Origin: the human T2T-CHM13v2.0 reference genome, Homo sapiens
Length of the DNA: 64,000 bases
Direction: 5' to 3' (one strand)
NCBI RefSeq assembly: GCF_009914755.1
Contig: NC_060925.1
Of the stretch, positions 44,520-62,205 are shown piece by piece. Below the pieces are notes generated by a model that did not search any database, was not told where the DNA came from, and saw only the letters and a list, made by a program, of their open reading frames with translations. The position numbers and the translations under genes were made by a program. Every line of letters starts with the position of its first letter. Within the stretch, counting starts at the first letter, position 1.

Positions 44520-45425
44520 GGGGAGGAGCCAAGATGGCCAAATAGGAACAGCTTCGGTCTACAGCTCCCAGCATGAGCGACGCAGAAGACTGGTGATTTC
44601 TGCATTTCCATCTGAGGTACCGGGTTCATCTCACTAGGGAGTGCCAGACAGTGGGCGCAGGTCAGTGGGTGCGTGCACCGTGCACGAGCCGAAGCAGGGT
44701 GAAGCATTGCCTCACTCCGGAAGTGCAAGGGGTCAGGGAGTTCCCTTTCCTAGTCAAAGAAAGGGGTGACGGACGGCACCTGGAAAATCGGGTCACTCCC
44801 ACCTGAATACTGTGCTTTTCCGACAGGCTTAAAAAAGGGCACACCACGAGATTATATCCCGCACCTGGCTCAGAGGGTCCTACGCCCACGGAATCTCGCT
44901 GATTGCTAGCACAGCAGTCTGAGATCAAACTGCAAGGTGGCAGCGAGGCTGGGGGAGGGGCAGCCGACATTGCCCAGGCTTGCTTAGGTAAACAAAGCAG
45001 CAGGGAAGCTCGAACTGGGTGGAGCCCACCACAGCTCAAGGAGGCCTGCCTGCCTCTGTAGGCTCCACCTCTGGGGGCAGGGCACAGACAAAGAAAAAGA
45101 CAGCAGTAACCTCTGCAGACTTAAATGTCCCTGTCTGACAGCTTTGAAGAGAGCAGTGGTTCTTCCAGTACGCAGCTGGAGATCTGAGAACGGGCAGACT
45201 GCCTCCTCAAGTGGGTCCCTGACCCCTGACCCCCGAGCAGCCTAACTGGGAGGCACCCCCAAGCAGGGGCACACTGACACCTCACACGGCAGGGTACTCC
45301 AACAGACCTGCAGCTGAGGGTCCTGTCTGTTAGAAGGAAAACTAACAAACAGAAAGGACATCCACACCAAAAACCCATCTGTACATCACCATCATCAAAG
45401 ACCAAAAGTAGATAAAACCACAAAG
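44520..45425. promoter_or_regulatory. L1 5'UTR sense/antisense promoter with intact YY1 site (44531-44539) and an open antisense ORF0 (44970-44662)
   Basis: aagatggcc present; minus strand reads MSAAPPPASLPPCSLISDCCASNQRDSVGVGPSEPG... Confidence 0.75.
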
Positions 45426-46443
45426 ATGGGGAAAAAACAGAACAGAAAAACTGGAAACTCTAAAAAAGCAGAGTGCCTCTCCTCCTCCAAAGGAACACAG
45501 TTCCTCACCAGCAAAGGAACAAAGCTGGACGGAGAACGACTTTGACGAGCTGAGAGAAGAAGGCTTCAGATGATCAAATTACTCTGAGCTACGGGAGGAC
45601 ATTCAAACCAAAGGCAAAGAAGTTGAAAACTTTGAAAAAAATTTAGACGAATGTATAACTAGAATAACCAATACAGAGAAGTGCTTAAAGGAGCTGATGG
45701 AGCTGAAAACCAAGGCTCGAGAACTACGTGAAGAATGCAGAAGCCTCAGGAGCCGATGTGATCAACTGGAAGAAAGGGTATCAGCAATGGAAGATGAAGT
45801 GAATGAAATGAAGCGAGAAGGGAAGTTTAGAGAAAAAAGAATAAAAAGAAACGAGCAAAGCCTCCAAGAAATATGGGACTATGTGAAAAGACCAAATCTA
45901 CATCTGACTGGTGTACCTGAAAGTGACGGGGAGAATGGAACCAAGTTGGAAAACACTCTGCAAGATATTATCCAGGAGAACTTCCCCAATCTAGCAAGGC
46001 AGGCCAACGCTCAGATTCAGGAAATACAGAGAATGCCACAAAGATACTCCTCGAGAAGAGCAACTCCAAGACACATAATTGTCAGATTCACCAAAGTTGA
46101 AATGAAGGAAAAAATGTTAAGGGCAGCCAGAGAGAAAGGTCGAGTTACCCTCAAAGGGAAGCCCATCAGACTAACAGCGGATCTCTCAGCAGAAACTCTA
46201 CAAGCCAGAAGAGAGTGGGGGCCAATATTCAACATTCTTGAAGAAAATAATTTTCAACCCAGAATTTCATATCCAGCCAAACTAAGCTTCATAAATGAAG
46301 GAGAAATAAAATACTTTACAGACAAGCAAATGCTGAGAGATTTTGTCACCACCAGGCCTGCCCTAAAAGAGCTCCTGAAGGAAGCACTAAACATGGAAAG
46401 GAACAACTGGTACCAGCCGCTGCAAAATCATGCCAAAATGTAA
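45426..46443 (+). pseudogene. L1 ORF1p, disrupted (+1 frameshift ~45465, TGA at 45571)
   Basis: ATG GGG AAA AAA CAG start; only the C-terminal 248 aa remain open (45697-46443). Confidence 0.9.
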
Positions 46444-46491
46444 AGACCATCAAGACTGGGAAGAAACTGCATCAACTAACGAGCAAAATAA

Positions 46492-50334
<3,843 letters not shown>

Positions 50335-52321
50335 ACAATGAGATCACATGGACACAGGAAGGGGAACATCACACCCTGGGGACTGTTGTGGGGTGGGGGG
50401 AGGGGGGAGGGATAGCATTGGGAGATATACCTAATGCTAGATGACAAGTTAGTGGGTGCAGCGCACCAGCATGGCACATGTATACATATGTAACTAACCT
50501 GCACAGTGTTCACATGTACCCTAAAACTTAAAGTATAATAATGAAAGAAAAAAATTAAAAAAAAAGAAAATACTTGCATTTCACCCCCTCTAATGGTTGC
50601 CATCCAGTCAAACTCTGTGCTGTGCTTTGCATGTAATACATGTCTAATGTAATAGGCTTTAGTGCCCAGGCTTCGAATCAGACTGGTTATTAAAGTCTGA
50701 AACTTTTGTTGGGTATTATAGGAAATTCAGGCCTGGGACTTGGTTTTAATGGGATAGAATCTCACCTTTTCATCTTACAACTCATTAAAGGATTTGCAAT
50801 CTTTATAATTGGTTCTTAATTTATAATTTACCATGGTCCCTGATTTTCCTCCCACTTTCTGTTGTGAAGTTTTTTTCCATTTTAACTGCTCATTAATATG
50901 TCTACCAGAGATAAACTTGGGAAGAGAGAGATAAAAATCTGGTTATGATCTTCAGGTGTTGTTTTGCCACCATGTCAACCCACCCTGGATTCCTTTTTGG
51001 ATGTTTTCTGAATTACTTAAGTAAGAGGCTCTTCTGACTACTCTGCGGCACCCAAGTTTTATTCACTCAAGGTTGGACTTTTTGTTTTTGTTTTTCTACT
51101 CTCCTTGTTTCTTAGGTGAGGACTTTTTTGTTTTTATTCCTTAGCATTTCATAAATAACACTAGAGTTCTCTTCATTTCTCTGTTTAAAAGTTTTTCCAT
51201 CTTATACCTCACCACTTCTCCTGCTATTTGTTGAAAATATTTGAGGTTTCTGGATTAAGGATTTGCCCACCTGGAGAAGGTGGGCTAACACTAGCCCACT
51301 TGGTCCCAGTTCACCTAGTTGGGATCTGGCACTCCTTTTCCCTTCCTGCCAACTTCACTTTGACCTTCTTTGACTTCTCATATGCCACTCATATGCCAAT
51401 GTAGAACACCCCATAAGGAACTTTCCCATTAACCCCTGTACAACTTAGAAAACAGTCACTATTTCTTGATCTCTTTATATTAGAATTGCTTCTTATCTTC
51501 AATCACCTTTGTAAATGTTTCTACAAATACATCTGTTTAAAAAATTTTTTTCATAGCAAATGTGTTGTGCGCAGATGACTGCCTTCTCATATCCTGAATA
51601 AATACAACACTATGCTATATAAAAACAAAGGATTGCTAGGGATTTTGTTGGGTTGGGTGGGTGGTTAATTCACAGAAAATGAAATTAAAAAATTGTATGC
51701 TTTTATGAGTGCTAAAATTCATTATTTCTATTTGGTTTGTAGCAAGCAGCCAGCATTTAAAGGTTTATAGCTTTTTCATAAAAGCCCTTATCTTTAGGTC
51801 AGCCAAATCAATCAAGTCAAGTGATATGTATAGAAGAAATTTTGTTCTGAATTTATTTTCTTAGACGGTTACCTAATAACTCCAGTCTTTGCTAGAGGCA
51901 TCAAACTTGTTCCTCTTGATGATATGGAAATCTTGCCTGGTCTCTTGACCATTTTGAGAAAAATGTACTAGCATAGCGTAGATCTTATGGTCTGATAAAC
52001 TGTTAATACATTTTGGAAGTGTATAATTTTTGTTTTGTTGGATAGAAATGTCTCCCAAGTGTTTTTTTTTTTCTCTAGGAAAATGTGATCCATACTGAAA
52101 TTAAATTTTTATATTGAGGTTCCACCAAAATAATTAATCAGTACCCTAAATAACACTTACAACATTGGACCTTATTAAAACATGTTTTGCTGCTTTCTCT
52201 CAGAACATGTATAATTAAAATATTCTCCTTGAATTAAATATTGAAGGTTTTGATTCCTAAAGTCGTGTATATTATATTATTTCTCCATTGAATCTTCTTT
52301 ATTATTTAAGAATACTCTACC

Positions 52322-52486
52322 CAGGCTGGACTGGTGGTGGGCGCCTATAGTTCCAACTACTCAGGAGGCTGAGACAGGAGCATTGCTTGAACCCAGGAGG
52401 TGGAGGTTGCAGTGAGCCAAGATGTACCACTGCACTCCAGCCTGGGCAACAGAGCGAGACTTTGTCAAAAAAAAAAAAAAAAAAAG
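52322..52486 (+). mobile_element. 5'-truncated Alu (right monomer)
   Basis: right arm plus poly(A); imperfect TSD aagaata(c/t)tc. Confidence 0.88.
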
Positions 52487-54919
52487 AATATTCAATGCAA
52501 TTTGAACTATAAGCTATTTAGAACTAATTTGCTGTATAATAAATGTATAGCTTTGACTGCAAGTTTCACTATTATAATATAAGCATCAAATCCTCAGAGG
52601 ACCTCTCACACCTGGTTTATGCATTTATTTCTTCATATTTCCCATTGGTTTTTAAAAAATATTTCTCTTGTATGACTATTTATCTGTATAGGCAACCTGC
52701 CACTCAAGACTATGTGGTTTCTAATATCAGGTGTTATGATATAAACTGAGCATGGAGCTGGACTGTAGCAGTTGCACCATGAATGACTGATGTGACATAA
52801 ATTTAGGAATGTAATTATTATAACTAATAGCAAATCCTTCATCCCTTGACTCTCTATAAACCAATTTATAGGTTATTTAATTAATCATTAGAGGAATAAA
52901 GGCCTAAAGACATCTTCTAGATCAATATTATTTAGGCATACATACTTAATATTCTGATTACTTTGACAAATAAGAACTCCCATATTCTTACAACTGTAGG
53001 CTTTTAATTTGACATTCAAATTAAAAAAGTGCAAAAGTGATTGACAATTATAATGGTATAAATGATTGAGGAAATGGTGATTGCACATTAAATAAGAGAC
53101 ATAGAAGAGAGGTGAGGGATTGAATTGAGCAATCAAAGTTAAGTATGTTTTAAAGCTAAGTAAAGGGTGACACAAACTGAGCAGGGCACAGTTTGAATGA
53201 GATCATGAAATAATCTCATTATGAGATTAAATGAGATAATGAAATGAGTGGTAGAAAGCCTAATCAGAAATCAATTGAAATGTCAGTAGGACTTTATTTT
53301 TTAACCTCTGTATGTATGTATCTTAAGAATTGGGACTATTTATATGTTTGGGACTATTTATATATATTTATATATTTTATATTTGAAAGCCAGCAGTTAA
53401 AACCAAGATTTTGACTCTTATACTCCCACAATCAGTTCAATATCAACCAGCTAGTAACCAAACCAGTTGTTTCATTAATGCCATTCAGTGGTGGGCCTAG
53501 ATCCTACATTGCTTAGTGTCTCTTCAAGGTTTTTCCTCCTTTGTCTCCATAATGGTAGTTCTTCTAGTGTGTTCTCTGTTTCTTTTGTTCCACTTAGAAT
53601 TCAGGCTTATTGACTTCCAGTTGTCTCAATTGTAGGTACAAAATTGTGGCTCTTACAGATTCCTTTTCTGGTAGAATTAAGCCCATGGGCAGTAAGCTTG
53701 AAAAGATCAGGAGACACACACGTGCACACAAATCAATGCTCCTGCCAAGGCCAGTAGATTGGAGGCATTCTTAGATGTCTCTACTTCATGGGATATTCTT
53801 GTCATTTTGGCCTTTCCCTGACTTAATGATGGCCATATACTGGCCTGGGGTCCTTCAGCTATCAAGTGTTTAGTATCTGAATAAATATTTATATTGCCAC
53901 TATTTGATGGTTTTAAAAATAACTTTCTGCTGTAATCTATTTGCTAAATGCTGTTAAAGCCATCTCACTCTTCCTTGGTAGACCTCAACTGCTTGCGTAG
54001 TTACTTCTCTGAGGCAATGTGATTCTATAATAGTGTGGCTGTCATTGAATAGCTTGGGAAGCTGTCTGAGTGCAGGCGGAATTGATTGTCTTGGTGACCT
54101 AGGGCAGGCTAATGTTTGGTGTCAGATACACCACTCAGGTTTGCACTAGTCAAGAAGGACTGGAATTGATCAGCTATCTCTTCCACTCTGAAGGCTTTTA
54201 TAAGCCTCACAAAAAATAACTTGGAGGACTTTCAGAGAGTCAAGAGGGGTTCTGGTATAATAGAGCTTTTTCTGGAGAATGTTTCCAAAATGGGAAGTAT
54301 GAGCTCCATTTGTATCTTGCGGTAATTCATGAAATAAGCCCCCAGGTGAGCGTGCATCTCAGGATTCAGATAAGAGGGTGAGAAATCGAGGACCTCATGG
54401 AGACGCTGGTGATGATTTTTGTGGTAACCAAAGCAGTCAGGTTTCTATGGTTTTATGATGTTATGAACATAATCTATATCCACTGTTGAAATATTTGGAA
54501 AATGTAGATAAATAAAAGTGTGCATAATTCAAAGAGTTATTGCTATTAACACTTTATAGTATCTGTGCAAATCTTTTTCTATGCACAGAGAGTAGACTTG
54601 CAGCAATGGAAGATTTAATGTATATGAGATCTCGTGATTATGATGGTTTCATGAAGTACTGCAGTTTGTTAACTTGCTAAGACACTAATATATGTTGTGC
54701 ATGCTATAAAGGTAATGTGCACAGTGACCTCAGGTGACCATACAGAAGCCCCATTTCAGGGAGGCCTAGATCTAACTCCTTATGAGTTTGGAGAAATATT
54801 ACATGCTATAATATTACTCAAGAATGTTGGTATTTGTAAGATTGGGCTATATCCTTGAAAAATGTCAAGGGTGTATGGTGGTGTGTGACTCTGTGTGTGT
54901 GTGCATGTGTGTGTGGATG

Positions 54920-55348
54920 TGTCTTAGTCCATTTTCTGTAGTTTATAACAAAATACCTGAAACTGGGTATACAGAAAAGGAATTTATTTCTTTATACAGA
55001 AAAGGAATTTATACAGAAAAGGTATTTATTTCTTACAGTTATGGAAGACCCAGTGTTGAGGGTCTGCCTCTGGTAAGGGCCTTCTTGCTGGTGCAGGGTA
55101 TCAATCATATTGTAAGGGTGCTGAGTGTGGTAGCATGCTAGCTCAGGTCGCTAGTCCTCTTCTTATAAAGCTACCAGTCCCACTCCCATAACCTATTAAT
55201 CCATTAGTCCATGAATGGATTAATCCACTCATGATGGCAGAGCCTTCATGGCCCAATCACCTCTTAAAAGCCCCACTTGTCAATATAGCCACATTGGGGA
55301 TTGAATTTTAACATGAATTTGGAGGAAAGAAATATCCAAACCAAAACA
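54920..55348 (-). mobile_element. MaLR solo LTR (MST/MLT1A1-like)
   Basis: 'tgtcttagtccattttctgt...cccaatcacctcttaaa.gccccac...ccaaaccaaaaca'. Confidence 0.8.
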
Positions 55349-55620
55349 TTATGCTTGTGCATAACCACATTATATATTTAGTAGCCTAATTTTCTTCAAA
55401 TAGTGTTGTAAATACTTTACCATGTCATTAGTTATTATTAAAACTGTTATTCAAAATGGCTACATTACATCACGTAAGTGGATCTACCTTCATTTATTTA
55501 ACATCATCAGATACTAGGTAGTTTATAGTTTGTTTATCTTATTGTTGCTTTTCCAACTAATGCTGTGATGAATGTCCTTATCATTGTAGTTCAGAATTCT
55601 GTGAGGTTATTAGGTTGAGA

Positions 55621-55683
55621 TCTCTCTCTCTGTCTCTGTGTTTGTGTGTGTGTGTGTGTGTTTGTGTGTGTGTGCGCGCGTGC
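55621..55683. repeat. (TC)n(TG)n(CG)n compound microsatellite
   Basis: direct reading. Confidence 0.9.
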
Positions 55684-56731
55684 AAGACTTTTGATACATA
55701 ATGTCAAATTGCTTTCCAGAAAGATTTCTCTTCTTGACACCCCTCAGCAAGTTTAAATTGTGCTAATCTCAGTATACCCTCACCTGTAGTAAGTCTTATA
55801 AAAAAATAGCAATTTGCCAATATAATAGTTATTTCTTTTCTTTGCATTAGATCACTTGTACAGTTTGTTTTTCCTTCTGCTTATTGACTATTAAGTCTTT
55901 TACAAATTAAATCATATTCTTTGCCTATTTTATTGAGCTATCTGTTAATCTTATTAATTTGCAAGCACTTTAAAAATCATCATTGGAATTAATATTTTGC
56001 CTGGCCTAAGTCATGAATGTGCCCACTTTTCTCCATTTCCATTGCTGTCATCCCAGTAGAAGCCACCATTATTTCCATTCCATCTGAATTGCTTCAGTAG
56101 CCTAAATTCCTGATAGAATTGCAAGGATCTGCTTGATGTGGCCCCTCTCTACTTTTCTAGCTTTGTCTGAGGATCATACTCCTCAGTTTCTGCACGGACT
56201 TTCTTTTACTTTTATCGCCACTAATTGCCCCCACTTCCACCATGCCTTCACACATGTTCCTGTTCCTGGCAAGCTTCATCTTCTCCACGGCCATTCTCAC
56301 ACACCTTTGCCTGTCTAAGTCTTCCTTCTGGATTAGGGCTCCTTAAACATTTTCATAGCATCCCATTCTCTTTCTTCCTTATATTGAAAACAACTGAATT
56401 AAGGTATTCACTTTTGCAAACTATGTTTTGAACAATTACCTGCATAATTTAGATGGGGTTAAGTGATTGACATACACAATTTCCATAGTTTTGCAAAAAA
56501 AATGTACATATACACATATATTTTCTGTGGGGGAGAATTTAAAAAGTTAAAGGAGTCTCTTTGTGCTTCATGGGATGAATCATGCTCGAAGAGTAATGGA
56601 CAAGACCATGGGCTCTGGAGTCCTAGGACTTAGGTTGGAATCCTGAACCAACCATTTTTGAGCTGTTTAGTCATGGGCATGAGTTACTTAACCTCTCTGT
56701 GCTTCACTTTTCTCCTCTATTAAATGGGGTT

Positions 56732-57058
<327 letters not shown>

Positions 57059-57504
57059 TTATATCTGTCTTTTCTGATTGCTGTGAATAGTGAAAGAGGT
57101 AATTCATGAAGTTCTTAGCGCCTGACACGTGGTAGACACTATATAAAATGTTAGTCATTATCCTTTTCTTTGTCCTGTTTTCCGACTTCTTCATCTTTGA
57201 ATTTTATTAAGTGCCAACTCAGCAGGAGCACAGTGCTAGATGGTATCTAGGGTTCTGCTTTCTTCCTAAGGAATTGCTCTGCTGGTTTTGAAGTGTTTCC
57301 TCAACATAACAAGGTTACTTCTGATGATAGTTTGTGAAGCCTCTCCCATCACCTTGACATCCTTCTTTAGGAGTTGATGATATTTCATTTTTGCTTCCAG
57401 AATGGCAATGAATATCTTCTGTAAAATAACATAATTTATCTCTGCTTCTTTTTTGGTAGTGTAACTTTTTGAGTATTAATACTCAGATCTGCTTTTCTTG
57501 ACAG

Positions 57505-57591
57505 CTGGCAAACTTCCCCAGACTCTGCGAGGAAACGGAAAGGATTGTTGCTAACCACATTCGTGAGCGAGAAGGGAAGACAAAGGACCAG
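57505..57591 (+). CDS. DNM3: Dynamin-3 exon 11 (87 bp)
   Basis: tgacag|CTGGCA...GACCAG|gtaaag; [29 protein letters not shown]; phase 0-0. Confidence 0.96.
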
Positions 57592-57939
57592 GTAAAGAGA
57601 GGTCTTCCCTGGTGGGCAGGGAGATTGTGGGAGGTCGAAGGTCTCTGCAAGGTTGTCTGGTAGTTCCCAACAGTCAGCCTGTCGCTTAAAGGAAAAAAAA
57701 ATAGTGGAACACAACTACATTATGTTTATTTTTACTTATTTATGAATTATACACATACTATATTCATATCTTGTTTATGTTAAAAATATGAGCAAATAAA
57801 AAGACTTCATTCAGAAGAATGAGATGCAAAAGCAGTAACAGGAGTTTCATTATTTTTTTTCTCAATGCTCCATGGATCATGCATACATCCTACTTTGAAA
57901 ACCACTAATCCAGAAACATACCACATTTTCTCTTTAAGA

Positions 57940-58113
57940 CAGAGGTTCTTAACTTTTATTGGGCCCACAGATGGACTCCAGAAGATTCACAAACTCCTAA
58001 AACATTATGCAAAATGCTCAGTGTTTTCATTTTTTTCTGAGGAGAGAGTGGACCTAGATTTTCATCAGCTTATCCATACAACCTATGATTGAAAAAAAAA
58101 TTGAGAACTACTC
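57940..58113. mobile_element. hAT-Charlie MITE relic
   Basis: TIRs 'cagaggttcttaa' and 'ttgagaactactc'. Confidence 0.6.
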
Positions 58114-59490
58114 TTTTAAACATTTCTATTTTGTGAATGTATGTGGTTTGTAAGGAGTGACCCTGAAATTGTTTTCTAATCCTAGCTTTGTAATTTGGAA
58201 AGATTATTTTCAAGTGAGGATAATTCATTTAAAAAAGTAAAGGACTACGTGGAAAGAATAAAAATCTTCTTAGGTTTAAATGGATTTTTCTTAGTTACTT
58301 ATAAAATATTATAACAGGAAATACAAATGGTTTTACATACCCTTGAATTCCATGACACAGCTGCACGTGTGATGTTGTGGAGAGAACACTGGACTTAGGC
58401 CATGTGCTCGCCACAAAATAACATCATGTTCTTGTGTAAATCACTTCTTTGGACTGTTGTTTTCTCATGTACAGCATTAATATATTGGTCTATATGCTCT
58501 CTGAAAGCCTGTGTAAGTTAGTATTACAGGATTTTGTGATTCTCAGATGAGTGGGAAGGAGGTGAGGGAGAAATGGGGAAAAGGAAGAAGACAAAATAAA
58601 AGAGAGAGGAAAAAACCACAGGGAGAGACACACACAGCACACAGAGTGTGCGTGGGGAAGAGGAGCAGGTGGAGGAGAAAGGAGAAAAGGAAGGACAGAG
58701 GGATAGAGACCCAGCAGATTGGGACATTCGTGAGTGATTCCAGTAACCACCTTGTCTCTGCTTGAGCTGTGGATTCATTGTCACTACTTTTTATCATTGT
58801 GTTTTGAAAGTTAATTAATCACCATTTATAGTTTTCACTTGTTTACCAACTTTCACAGTCTTGGATAGCTGCAATAGCCAAAAGAGGAGAAAACAGGCTT
58901 TGTGATTCAGTTGAGATGAACAAATCAGTATTAACTCCTGAGTCAGTGAAATCAAGCCTAGAGCCAGATATGGAGCCCTAGGGCCAGAGGTTCTCCCTAA
59001 CGTCTAATGTCTTGGCCCCTCCTGGGCTGAGAAAACTTAAGTTCTTAAGAATCAGCTGTACTCCTGACCTTAAGTAAATAAGCTAACTGTTTTAATTTAG
59101 TGTTTTCATCTATAATATTCAAATGATAATAAATCCTACTTAACTCTTTAGGATCCGCTGTCAAAATAATATTGGAGAAAATATAGGATAATTATTTAAA
59201 GCATTTTAAATATTTGTAATCATATCTATGTCAGTTGCTAGCTTCTTCATATTTCAGAGTTTTTGTTTTAGTAAAATGGCATGTTCAAACTTCACCATGT
59301 TGTTAAGATTGTGGGCTCTGGGCTCAGACTACCTGAATTTGAATTTCAGCTCTGTTGTTAACATTTTGTGTAACTTGTGACAAGTTATTTGACATCTTTA
59401 CACTTCAATTTTCGCATCTTAAAGTGAGACAATAGTGGTAGTTAACTCACAGACATTTTGTGAGGATGGAAAGAAGTAATCAAAATACAA

Positions 59491-59836
<346 letters not shown>

Positions 59837-61264
59837 TAGTTCTTAATTAATTTTAGTTGTTTTTGTTGTTATTCCCAAAGAGCTATGGCACATGGTAGAT
59901 TCGAGGAAGAATTGCCTTTTCTGATTCCAAGGGAAATTGTTTTCAATCTGCAACTCAGTTACAGTGGTTAATTTATTCCTCAAGTAGGACATAAGGGATG
60001 GAGCAGGCATCTCCCTACTAAGTCACAGTCTCAGGTGGTGTGGTCCAACAGTTATCAAGTGCCTGTCAAAGCTGGTAGTGGTCACCTCTAATATGGACTT
60101 GTGTGGCATAGCAGAAACATGCCTGGTTTTGGTAGTGTGGACATGTCATTTTGGATGGATCTCGCATTTGAATTCTGGACTCTGCTGCCTGGGACCATGT
60201 GGTACTTTTAAAGTATCCAGTTAGACAGAGTGACCCATATCCTCAGGCCTCCGCGCCTGAACAGCTCTGGGACATTCTTGCAGTTTTATTTCTTTCTTTA
60301 AAAAGTAGAGTTACTACCAACTTCTGCTCTGGAAGCTTTGTGGGAAAAAAAAATCTTCAAAATTAAGAATATGGAAAGCCATAAATCTGTCTGTAGCTTT
60401 TTCTTAAACAAAGGTTTTTTGAATGTCTGAGTGTGCCAGCTGTTAGTCTTGGTGCTTCCATACATGTCACTGCATGTTGAAGCAGTGGACTTTCTGGGCA
60501 ACTACTGCTACCAGGGGTAGCTTTACTTTGCTTCAACTAAATATTCAATAACTGTGGATGAAAAAGGCAGTGAGAAACTCTGAGAAAGTGAAAAAATGAG
60601 AAAAAAATGGATTATTTTTCTTTTCATCCCCCACATGCGACCTGGCTCTTTTCCTAGAGTGAACACAGACTCCCAGTTTCCAGGAATATAATGAGAACAG
60701 CCATAGCTTTTATTTTTTTTCCACTTTTTTTCCTATACTACAGTCCAAGTTAATGTGTGTGAACGTCCAAAAGCTATTCATGACAGCCTTTGGCAATGTT
60801 GAGAATTATGTAGATATTTTGCTCCTTATAGTGGCAACAATTTATTTGTGTTCAAATATTACAGTTTATTGGTACAAACTTTTGGCCAAATGGATTTGGA
60901 GTATACAATTTAACTGAATCTGGCTTTATTGTTGGGAGAAGAGAGGCAAAACTACAACTAATCCAATAATGATCACGCTTCCTAATGTTTCAGTTTTCTT
61001 CAAGATATGAAACAAAACTCTGACTGTATGAATTTTTTTCATACAAGTATGATGTTATTGACCTAATAGCCCCCATGCCTTGACTTTATTTTTGGTAGTG
61101 GGAGTAGATTTGGAGTGATCTTTTAAATCTTTTTTTGACAGGTCCCCTTGTGACTCTCAGCAAGAATTGGTCAGATGACTGGTTGAGATTAGCCACAAAA
61201 ACAAAGCCTCCAGCCTATAGCACTGGGTACTGAGTACAAAACAAGAACAAGTGGCCACGTACTA

Positions 61265-61623
<359 letters not shown>

Positions 61624-61844
61624 TTAACTGTTCTTCAAGCCTGGTAGATAGTTACACAAATAAGGCCGCAAATGTTTATTGGGCACCTATTGTGTGTATC
61701 ATGCTAGGCTCTAAGTTCTAAGGATAAAATGGTGAACAAGATAAACATAATCCTAGCTTCTATGGAGTGTACATTCTTGCAGAGAAGAGAAATATTAAAA
61801 AAAATTAATAATTAATTACATTTGTAGTAAATGCCACAAATAAG

Positions 61845-62205
61845 TATAGGGTGCTATATAGATATACACACACATACACAAACACACATATATGTATATA
61901 TAGTGTATATATACATGTACATATATGTATGTATGTATATATGTGTGTATTTACATGTACATATATACATACATATACGTATATATGCTTATATGTATAT
62001 ATACACATATAAGTATATGTGTACATATTTGAACATATGTGCATATGTGTACATATTTGAACATATATGCATATGTGTACATATTGAAACATATATATGC
62101 ATATAGGTATATATGTGTATATAGCACCCTATATTTTATAGAATACATAATTTTACGTATACATAATTTTATACATATACATAATTTTCTGTATGTATAT
62201 AATTA
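61845..62205. repeat. TA/CA/TG low-complexity region with a 28-bp x3 minisatellite and terminal inverted repeat, inside an L2 fragment
   Basis: units at 62013, 62041 and 62069; inverted repeat 61845-61860 / 62118-62133. Confidence 0.85.

Noticed and set aside
62013-62098. 28-bp direct repeats as a CRISPR-like array
   Set aside because: Head-to-tail with no unique spacers, in eukaryotic low-complexity DNA; it is a minisatellite.
61805-62148. Y/I/C/H-rich ORFs on both strands
   Set aside because: Translations of TA/CA/TG low-complexity repeat.
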